From Anthoceros angustus (taxonomy: Eukaryota > Plantae > Anthocerotophyta): 64,000 bases of DNA. The number at the start of each line of letters is the position of its first letter. The first letter of the stretch is position 1. Below, one piece after another: positions 36,474 through 46,342 of this stretch. The position numbers and the translations under genes were made by a program. The notes under the pieces are model-generated. The model searched no databases, was not told the DNA's origin, and saw only the letters and a list, made by a program, of their open reading frames with translations. The stretch is from contig MU008187.1 in NCBI GenBank assembly GCA_010909165.1, positions 438,247-502,246 on the forward strand. Direction: 5' to 3'.

Positions 36474-38063
36474 TCATACAAGAGCACCACAAGAAGTATC
36501 GTGAGGATGAAAAATAAATAGATTATTGCATTCCAAATCAAAATCATTATCCTCTGCAATGTTAAAATACTTTTCTAAAGTATTTGGTGATACTGTAAGA
36601 TTTCTTGAAAAAATGAACATTGATTGACTTACATCTCCATTATTATCTTGAACACATGAATAAACAAGGGCAGAATCATAACCATTTTCAGGTAGTCCTT
36701 CCAAAGCCAATACCCAATAAGGCGAAGTGGCAGGACATTGACTTGAATCATCATTTTCCAAAGTTATTGTAAGTTTTCCCAAGGTTGAATTACTTTGAAA
36801 ACCAGACCCTTGGGTGGAGCAAACAGTTGACGTATTGCATTGATCAATCAAAAGGAAGTTGGCAGTCATTTCTATGGCATCCAAACTCATCCTTATACTC
36901 TCAGTCTTTGCAAGAATGAAACTTATTTGATCCGCAATTTCCATAGTAAGATAGTTGAGTTGAATTGCGGAGTCAGTTGGAGGTTCTAAAGGCTCCAAAA
37001 ATACCGAGTCATCAGCAACAAAAAGCCTTGTAGCTATCTAAAAGAAGAAATATAAATAATTAAAGCTTATAGTTTACTACATGCATTCTAACATGACATA
37101 TAACCTGAAGATACCCAGTAAGTAACATGCAACAAAAAAACTTTATTACCGAGACTATCTCTACACGTTGAAGCTCAATTTGTGAGAGATGTTGAGTAAT
37201 ATTTGAAATTTGGTCACATTCAACATCTAAAAGTGACTTTAGCTTGGTTACTTCATCAGTTCTTGGTGCTCCGTTACTAAGATTAACTATTAGATTTTGA
37301 ATTAAACTCATATTTCCAGCCAGCAGGTCCAAAACATTTTCTATCTTGTCAGCTTCAATTTGGATCCGAGCTGAAGCAATTTCAAGTCCTTTTGCTTCAG
37401 TGGCAAATGGAAAAGCAACACGTGCAATAATGGCTCCAATCTGAATTTTCATGTTTTATTTTTAATTAACTCAGTAGAAAAAAAAAACTGTACACATGCT
37501 ATAATACTGGAAAGAAAAAATTAACGAGTCTCATTCTTCATGATATCATTCAGAAAGGAAAAAAATAATAATGAGAAAAAAATCTTATCAACCTGAGCCA
37601 CTGTTTGTGATATTCGTCCTGTAGCACCAAGTAACCTACAAATTTGTTTAGCTGCACCACAAGCATCATTAGTGGATCTACCGAGTGATCGTATCGCAAT
37701 AGTAGGCACCAAATCCATCACCCGTAGTCCACTATTCACTAATCCAAACGATGTGTTCGAATTTGCATCCAATTTGTAATTAGCTAGTTGACAAATAAGA
37801 CCAGGTTCATTTTCTAAGCTGTCTCGCCCGGTGCTTCCAATTTTATACCATTGTCCCATATAAGATGACAAATCAATGAAGTCATATGTTTTCGGTGAGG
37901 GACACGTCTTATTTCTTAGAACTCTGGGACAAAATCTGGGCGGTGAGTTCCCATAAGAGATGACTTCAGAATAACAACACAAATAACACAAGTGTAAAAT
38001 GAATAAAATACAGAACAATTCTCCCAAATGCCCGCATGTTCCTATATTTTGTGACATTGTCAT
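36474..38063 (-). CDS. Secreted-type lipocalin (ApoD/Blc-like) interrupted by a ~200-aa helical insert; 3 exons, 441 aa
   Basis: Exons 38063-37593, 37440-37150 and 37037-36474 with two phase-0 GT-AG introns give an open frame. N-half: FIDLSSYMGQWYKIG...CQLANYKL (GxW motif). C-half: GKLTITL...PYWVLAL...YDSALVYSC...MFIFSR. Confidence 0.8.
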
Positions 38064-38076
38064 TGTTTAGCATTGA

Positions 38077-39596
38077 ATCCTCTCAGAATGTTAAAATACT
38101 TTTCTAAAAGTATTTGGTGATACCGTAAGATTTCTTGAAAATGAACATTGATTGACTTACATCTCCATTATTATCTTGAACACATGAATAAACAAGGGCG
38201 TAATCATAACCATTTTCGTGTAGTCCTTCCAAAGCCAATACCCAATAAGGCGAAGTGGCGGACATTGACTTGAATCATCATTTTCCAAAGTTATTGTAAG
38301 TTTTCCCAAGGTTGAATTACTTTGAAAACTGCACTTTGGGTGGAGCAAACAGCTGATTTATTGCATTGATCAATCAAAAGGAAGTTACATTTTCTATGGC
38401 ATCCAAACTCATCCTTATACTCTCGCCTTTGCAAGAATGAAACTTATTTGATCCGCAATTTCCATAGTAAGATAGTTGAGTTGAATTATGGAGTCGCTTG
38501 GAGGTTCTAAAGGCTCCAAAATACCGAGTCATCAAGCAACAAAAAGCCTTGTAGCTATCTAAAAGAAGAAATATAAATAATTAAAGCTTATAGTTTACTA
38601 CATGCATTCTAACATGACATATAACCTCAAGATACCCAAGAAGTAACATGCAACAAAAAAACTTTATTACCGAGACTATCTCTACACGTTGAAGCTCAAT
38701 TTGTGAGAGATGTTGAGTAATATTTGAAATTTGGTCACATTCAACATCTAAAAGTGACTTTAGCTTGGTTACTTCATCGCTCTTGGTGCTCGTTACTAAG
38801 ATTAACTATTAGATTTTGAATTAAACTCATATTTCCAGCCAGCAGTCCAAAACATTTTCTATCTTGTCACCTTCAATTTGGATCCGAGCTGAAGCAATTT
38901 CAAGTCCTTTTGCTTCAGTGGCAAATGGAAAAGCAACACGTGCAATAATGGCTCCAATCTGAATTTTCATGTTTTATTTTTAATTAACTCAGTAGAAAAA
39001 AAAAACTGTACACATGCTATAATACTGGAAAGAAAAAATTAACGAGTCTCATTCTTCATGATATCATTCAGAAAGGAAAAAAATAATAATGAGAAAAAAA
39101 TCTTATCAACCTGAGCCACTGTTTGTGATATTCGTCCTGTAGCACCAAGTAACCTACAAATTTGTTTAGCTGCACCACAAGCATCATTAGTGGATCTACC
39201 GAGTGATCGTATCGCAATAGTAGGCACCAAATCCATCACCCGTAGTCCACTATTCACTAATCCAAACGATGTGTTCGAATTTGCATCCAATTTGTAATTA
39301 GCTAGTTGACAAATAAGACCAGGTTCATTTTCTGCTCGCCTTTTGCTTCCAATTTTATACCATTGTCCCATATAAGATGACAAATCAATGAAGTCATATG
39401 TTTTCGGTGAGGGACACGTCTTATTTCTTAGAACTCTGGGACAAAATCTGGGCGGTGAGTTCCCATAAGAGATGACTTCAGAATAACAACACAAATAACA
39501 CAAGTGTAAAATGAATAAAATACAGAACAATTCTCCCAAATGCCCGCATGTTCCTATATTTTGTGACATTGTCATTGTTTAGCAGCTGAATCCTCT
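38077..39596 (-). pseudogene. Second, 3'-truncated and indel-ridden copy of the lipocalin gene (tandem duplication or assembly artefact)
   Basis: Repeats 36549-38076 with many 1-3 nt deletions. It lacks the last ~75 coding bp and the junction falls in ATCCTCT. Confidence 0.85.
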
Positions 39597-40610
39597 ACTG
39601 AAATAGCTGAATCCTCTATTGAAATAGCTCATTAGCTATAAAATCTTCTTCCTTTATTTCTTTTAAATTATTTCTCAAATGTGAAAGAATCTCATGGTAT
39701 CATATATTATACGATTCTTGTGAGATTTGTGAAATAATATCATTATTTGTGATTGTTGAATGTCATGCACTTATGAAGCAAATACAAAGATCAAGTGAAC
39801 GCAGATCCGGGCTCAAATAGCAGCCATGATTTTGCACAATTTAACAACACACACAAACTCATTTTGGAAGAAGGCGGAGTTGTGTGTTTGGTTTGGTAGA
39901 ATAGTAGCTTTCTCAGTTAACCTCCTCCCCAATAAATCATTCATGATCAGTATCATGAGCAACAATCTAATGGATACACTACTATTTTAAATTTCAGTAT
40001 GTTGATTGTTTTCTGTCATGTCAGATTAGATTATACAAACCTAGTCCTTACATGGGATCTTAGAGTCTAGCATGCTGGAGCTCTGGTCTCTCCTTTTTCT
40101 TGTTTGTTCATGGTTATTGGATTACTCATGTGCAAGACTTTGTACCTAGTGTGGGAAAATTAAATTAGCTATCTATATAATTTATAATTATATTAGATAG
40201 TTATATATATATAATGGTAATAAAAAATTGAAATATTTGAACTAGTTGAATAAGCGGACAGAAAAGTCGAGTAGGAGAGGTAAAGAAGAGAGCAGGTGTG
40301 CGAGAGTTTGGCGGGGGTCCAAAGTGGCGCCAACTTCCAAAACAAGTTGGGCAACAACCCCGGTCCGCTTTCTTGTCAGGAGACAGGAGAGTTGGGGAAA
40401 GGAGCCAAGGCCCGAACTCGAGCGTGGCATATCTTCCGGGGCGTGGGTTAGACCACCAACTGTCGGCCCGCGGGCCCCTTCGAATTTCGAACAAGGGGAG
40501 AGGGCAGGGCAAGCGCCACGCCCGCACGGAGCCACGGACCCCTTTTCCTCGCACCCGGACCTCTTTCGCCCGTGAAGTTCACACACACGCAGCGAGTCCG
40601 AGACAAAATG

Positions 40611-40640
40611 GCGGGGCGGGGCGGGGCGGGATGACGTCAG
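40611..40640. promoter_or_regulatory. GC-box cluster (GGCGGG repeats) followed by a TGACGTCA bZIP-type palindrome upstream of the 41102 gene
   Basis: ggcggggcgggcggggcgggatgacgtcag; function inferred from motif identity only. Confidence 0.35.
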
Positions 40641-41101
40641 TCGAATTTGGCGGGGCTAAAGTGGTGGCGAAACTAGCGCCAGCTGCTCCTCTGTCCGCAC
40701 CACTGTTGGCATGGCCGCTGGCTGGGCTGAATTCAAAGCCTCGCAAAGCGCCCGCTGCGCTGCAAGAGAGGGAGAGGGAGGAGGATGCCGCTGCCGCTGG
40801 CTGCCTCGGCCTCGGCCTCTGCCTCTGCCACCGCCTTCCTTCTTTCCCCTCTCCTGCGCACTGCTATATATCCTTCCCCCGCCCCGCCCCTCTCCACCCG
40901 GCGCTCCCTGCTCTCCTGCCTTGCGTGCCAGCGCGCAAGCGGCGGACGACGCCTCTCCTGCGTCCGAGTCGTGCACGAGTCGTGATCGCGTCTCGATTCG
41001 CGTTTGCGTTGCATCCGCGTTTGCGTTCTGCGTGTGAGCTTCGCGGGGTTGCGGTGCGGAATTCTGTGCTCTTGTGAGGAGGAGGAAGGGGGAGGCACGA
41101 C

Positions 41102-41627
41102 ATGGCCACCACGATGCGAGCCTTGGAGACGGGGCGCGGGCACGGGAACGAGAACGAGAACCAGAACCAGGTGCCGCTCTTCTTCGGGGAGCCGAGCGGG
41201 CAGCAGAGGCGGAGAATTGCGCCGCACGGGCTGCCGGACTCGCCGCTGCGGGATCTCACGCGCCTTGCTTATAATGTACGTAATTGCGAAGCCCCGGGCG
41301 GGGTGGGAGTGGATTGGCCTTTGCATCTGGAAAGTGGTGGAAAAGTGCGGGAATTTGTTTCTTGCTGCATGCTCTGGTGTGCATTGCATTGCATTGCATT
41401 TTTCCCGGTCCAGGTCCGCTCACGTTGCGCGCGCCCTGGTGCAGGTGATGAATGTGACGGAGCTGCAGAGGCCGTCCCCGATCAGGTGGAGATTACAGGG
41501 AGGGAGGCCGCTGGCCAGCCCGGCCAGCACGCCGCACAGGGCCAGCAAGGTTTCTGCCATTGGCAACGGAGTCTGCGCCGTGAACGTTGATTCCAGCACT
41601 GTGCTTCTGCGCAAGGGATTCAGATGA
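41102..41627 (+). CDS. Small 2-exon protein (~118 aa) with D-box-like PLRDLT and C-terminal LRKGFR; possible APC/C-interacting protein
   Basis: Exon 41102-41275 plus exon 41445-41627, with a GT-AG intron and a CTCAC branch-like motif, is in frame. An alternative acceptor at 41413 gives a different tail. No firm family assignment. Confidence 0.5.
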
Positions 41628-42777
41628 CATGATAGCGCGGGGCTGTACAGGACAGGACAAGGATAGTGTAGGACAAGGCAAGATGAGAGTGGAGGAGATT
41701 GGGAGCGGGGACTCTAGGTATCTCCATCGCTCTCGGCGGCTTTCCCTCCTCAACTTCTCAACCGGGCTGGACCAGGCCCGGTCCGGCCCGGTCCGGTCCG
41801 GTCCGGTCGGGTCTGGTGTGCTGCAACAACAGCAACAACTAACAACTCTGGTCAGCTGCAACAGATTGGCCCAATTCTTTTAGGGTGATTGGGAACCCTA
41901 CATTATGGATGTATGAGGGAAGAAGAAGAGCGAGCATTGCCAAGCAATGGCTCTTTCTTTCTGGCAGCTTTCATCTCGGAAGCCAACTGACCGACTTCAG
42001 ATTGTAGGTAGCTAGTCTGTAGACAACTCACACACTCACACCCTCACACACATCCTCTCGAGGGTACGGCTTTCATCACAACCCGCATCTGTACTTCTCC
42101 CGCTCGTGGAGCAATTCCGATGCATTGAATTGAGCGGCCGTCACCAATGTGACGAGCCTTGCCACGATTTTCACTCTTTCTGACTCATCACGCGATTCAG
42201 ACGGATTCGGGATACAGTCCTGTGGAACGAGTCCAAGCGTTTCCCCGTGACATTTTGTCTCACCTAAAAGCTGCCTTGTGGCAGGTACAAAAAAGGAACG
42301 CTTTACCGCGGATTTCCCTCTCCTCTCTTCGCTACTATCCAATGCCAAGATCAGTTTGTGGGGATAAAAGCCTTCCCTACTGACGCCACACAGGCGGCAG
42401 GGCCCCACGGCGATCAGATGTCAGGCTTTGTGTCGGAGTTCCGAGGGTACATAAAAGCAACACCCGTGCCCATGAGCGTGGATGTAAAGTCTTGTTTTCT
42501 ACATAAATAACTCTCCAACTCAGAAATGCAGTGTCAGGTCTCCAACTCAGGAATTCAGTTGCATTTAAACCCTAAACCCTATAAAATTCAGTCATATTCA
42601 GTTCGTCTCCTGAGACAATCAGCGATAACTATTTGACTCTCGATCTGAAAAATTAAATTCAGTGAAGTATTACACAGAGTGAGCATAGGCATACTTTGGG
42701 GCAAAGCGATCATTTGAAGTTAGGAATACATGGATAATGTCATACATACAACCCAGACAGAGCACCTCCGTCTGACG

Positions 42778-44500
42778 TCAAAAGGGGACACCTCCTCCGT
42801 CATGCCCCCTCAGAAAAAAGGCTTTGGCTATCTGATAAGCAGCGGCTCGAGAAGCTAAATTCCCTGCCAGCACCTGTTGCTCCACGTCCCTCATTATGCA
42901 TTGGAGAGATTCGTCAGTCCGCAGCCTGCGCCCAGTGACGATGTCAAAGACAGGCAGCAACGGTTTCCTGGAACCTTGCAAAGGGAGGTGGTCTGTCAGA
43001 TATTACTTGCCTTTCGACGATTTCATTTTTTAGATTGCTCCATAGAAGCTGTTTATTCTGTGCCCTCCGTCGAGCTTGTAGTTCCCCTGAAGCTGTCATG
43101 AGTTTCTTGAACTCACAAATACTTTCCCAGACCTGTAGGATGTTTGTTCCTGCTTTGGCACTGCATGACATGACCTGAATAGGGAGGCAGCTGTTTAAAC
43201 CATACAGTAGCTTCAACATCCACGATGAGGAGGATTGAAGGGTCAGAATACAGGCCCTTACCAGAGGACTCCATGTTTTGGAGCGGGGGGACATCAAATG
43301 CAGGGCGTTCTTGTAGTCAGCTACCGTACGCGTTGCTGCTCTTTCAAGATCCCCATCTGCTTTGTTGACAACCAGCATGTCGGCTATCTCTACGACCCCT
43401 GCACAATATCTCTCCTATGTTACCTCCCGTGAGCCTCCTGTGAGTTATCCACAGCCTGCGGATAAAAAGGGAAGAGGTGAGGACAAATTGAATCCTGACC
43501 TTTCTTCATGCCCTGAAGTTCGTCTCCCCCTGCGGGAGGGAGGATGAGCAGTACCATGTCCACAACCTCCGCAACAGCCGTGTCGCTTTGACCTCCGCCT
43601 ACGGTCTCAATCATCAAGACAGAATAACCTCCAGCCTAGACAGGGAAATGACACGTCGTGTTCATGCCAGTTGTCTGACTCAGCAAACAGCTTCTGGGTA
43701 CAACCAAAACTGAATATCCACCTCACACAGCAGTGCAGCATCAGCAGTGTTTCGTGCAATGCCACCAAGATGACCTCTCGCAGGTGTTGGCCTCACGAAG
43801 GCATTCGGATCCACCGACAGCATATCCATCCTAGTCTTATCCCCCAAAATTGAGCCCCCACTCCGCTCCGACGACGGGTCTATCGCCAAAACTGCCACCT
43901 TCTCTCCTGATCTTGTTGCACAGCTGCCAACAACTGACAGATCACAAAGGAGACCTTGCTGCAGCCCCTTGAGGCTACATTCCCTTCCCACACATGCCTT
44001 ACCACTTCCATCCAAATCCAACAAAAACCAAAAATTCTTCTGCTCACCTTCGATGAGAGAAGACTTGCCGGAACCCGGAGGCCCGGTGAGGGCAACTCGG
44101 AACATCGGTGGTCGCGACTGGGAATCAACCAGTCTGGCCATCTGGAGATACTGTAGAAGCGCTGATGCCTGACCCCTGTGATCCACCCGGGTAGATTCAC
44201 AAAGCGTGATCCCGCGGCTCAAACAGCTCTGATTCCCCCCCAAAATCCCCTCTGCCAGCCTGCGGGTGTCTTGCGTCATCTCGACTTGCTCAGCCTTGGT
44301 TGCAGCAGCTCCTGGGAAAACCATCCAGCCACCGTCACAAAATCCCTCCCCCTCTCTGACCAAAATTGAGACGTCTCAAATGTCACCTTACCTGCTTTCG
44401 CAGCTGAAGCGCTCACATGACTCCTGCTCTGTGCAGCAAGCCGGATCATCACCTTCCCCACGGCCCTTCCCGGGCTGCTCTTCATCAACCCGGACATCAT
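42778..44500 (-). CDS. MMAA: MeaB/MMAA (CblA) family G3E GTPase, methylmalonyl-CoA mutase chaperone homologue, multi-exon
   Basis: [28 protein letters not shown] (P-loop), [59 protein letters not shown] and VVNKAD. The 5' exon boundary is uncertain. Confidence 0.92.
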
Positions 44501-44797
44501 CCTCGAAACGGAGACGGGAAAACGCCGTGACTGGTAATTTCACGACTGTGCAGCTGCGCGCACGCGCCGAGGAAAGACAGGCAGAGGATCTGCCGCAGAA
44601 TCAGCAAATCTGACGAGGAATCGCGACGTGAGATAAACGTCCTCTCCGCAATGCACTGCACGTCTTATGCTGACTCACATTCTGTAAGTGAAAGGCGAAG
44701 GCTGGCCTTCTCTAAAGCCCTACCAAAGCCCTAACCTGGACAGGAAGGGAGTCGAGCTTCTGAGAAGCAGCAAGCAGCAAGGGGCAACGAGACGGCC

Positions 44798-45991
44798 ATG
44801 GCGGCCTCCAAGATGGCAGCAGGCCTGGCAGTGACCCATTCCAACGATCTCTTCTGCCCCGCGCAGAGCAGCTCCATCTCCTCCTCGACGCGGAGGAGCC
44901 CGAGATGCCGCGTTTCGTGTCGGATGCGGCGGCATTTCGATGGCGGGGCGCATGCGACCGTCGACAGTCGCCGGACGAGCTTGGAGCGAGTTCCGGAGCG
45001 TGTGAACGGGCTGGACAGGAGAGTGCGGGAGAAGCAGCAGGGGGAGATCGAGCAGCTGCGGGAGATGCGGCTGGCTACAGCGCTCAAGACGCCGTACAAG
45101 GAGGACGGGAGCATCGACATGGAGGCATGGAAGTCGCTGGTGGCGTACCAGATCGAGGGCGGGGCGGACGGGCTGGTGGTGGCAGGGACCACGGGAGAGG
45201 GTCATCTCATGAACTGGAGGGAGCACATCGATCTGATCAGGGTGACGGTGGAGCAGGTGCAGAATTCTGGTGATGCGGGCAAGAATTTCAAGGTGGTGGG
45301 ATATACGGGGAGCAATTCCACGCAGGAGGCGTACGAGGCCACCAAGGAGGGGTTCGATTTGGGCATGCATGCTGCGCTGCAGATAAACCCGTATTACGGG
45401 AAGACGTCGCTGGCGGGGCTGAGGCGGCACTTCGGGTTGCTTCTGGACATGGGGCCTACGATTGTGTACAACGTGCCGCCGAGGACGAACCAGGACATTG
45501 GCCCGGAGCTCATGGAGGAGCTGGCTCAGAGTCCCAATTTCGTGGGTGTAAAGGAGTGCGTTGGGAACGACAGAGTGCTGCACTACACGAGGCAGGGCAT
45601 GGCAGTGTGGAGCGGCAACGACGACCAGTTTCACGAAGCCAGGTGGAAGTACCAGGCTCGCGGCGTCATCTCCGTGGTGAGCAATCTGGTTCCGTCTCTG
45701 GTCAGTAAGCTGCTGGAGGAGGAGGATTCTGAGGCGAATGACAAATTGCTCGTCTTGGTTCGTTGGCTTTTCTCCGACTTCAATCCGATCGGGGTGAACA
45801 CAGCTCTGGCGCAGCTGGGTGTGGTGCAGCCTGTGTTCAGATTACCTTACTGCCCTTTTGACCTGGAGATGAGGCAGGAGTTTGTACGCATAGTTGAAAC
45901 GATCGGGCGGGAACACTTTGTGGGCGATGAGGAGGTCAGAGTGTTTAAAGATGACGACTTCATATACCATCCTGATTTTGCCGGCAAGTGA
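44798..45991 (+). CDS. DHDPS: 4-hydroxy-tetrahydrodipicolinate synthase (DHDPS), plastid transit peptide, single exon
   Basis: LATALKTPY, GLVVAGTTGEGHLM, GSNSTQEA, INPYYGK, IVYNVP and GVKEC; 397-aa uninterrupted ORF with an S/R-rich N-terminus. Confidence 0.97.
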   Translation: MAASKMAAGLAVTHSNDLFCPAQSSSISSSTRRSPRCRVSCRMRRHFDGGAHATVDSRRTSLERVPERVNGLDRRVREKQQGEIEQLREMRLATALKTPYKEDGSIDMEAWKSLVAYQIEGGADGLVVAGTTGEGHLMNWREHIDLIRVTVEQVQNSGDAGKNFKVVGYTGSNSTQEAYEATKEGFDLGMHAALQINPYYGKTSLAGLRRHFGLLLDMGPTIVYNVPPRTNQDIGPELMEELAQSPNFVGVKECVGNDRVLHYTRQGMAVWSGNDDQFHEARWKYQARGVISVVSNLVPSLVSKLLEEEDSEANDKLLVLVRWLFSDFNPIGVNTALAQLGVVQPVFRLPYCPFDLEMRQEFVRIVETIGREHFVGDEEVRVFKDDDFIYHPDFAGK

Positions 45992-46342
45992 AACTAGTCG
46001 AGTCCACCTTCCTAATGCTCATGTAAATCCCGAACAAGACAATCCAGGGGTAGGAAACGTGAGACTCCCATCACGTGGAGGGAAGTTCATGGGTTTGATT
46101 ATCGCGGATTTCTTCGTTTCGCCTGATTGGACGCGGTGTCTTGTCGACCTGTTTTGTAGCCTGCTTAGGATGTGTTACCAAGGAGGATGTTCAATGGATT
46201 CTCTCTGCACACCATAGTATGGTGCACCAAATAGCATTAGTTCAACAATCTCAATTCCCTCCAGATAATCGAAGGGCGGTGTTTCTTACATCAGGAATTG
46301 TGTGCTAAAGTAGATTAAGACGATTGCTACTGATACGTCCTC

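Noticed and set aside
42076-42581. 110-aa minus-strand ORF and nearby AAACCCTAAACCCT telo-box-like motif
   Set aside because: There is no homology or splice support, and two telomere-like units are too few to call an interstitial telomere.
44720-45634. 304-aa ORF antisense to DHDPS
   Set aside because: It is a shadow ORF caused by GC-rich codon usage of DHDPS.
28547-45991. Metabolic cluster of D2HGDH, MMAA and DHDPS (lysine and organic-acid metabolism)
   Set aside because: Unrelated genes are interspersed and no shared pathway step links all three. Proximity is expected in a gene-dense genome.
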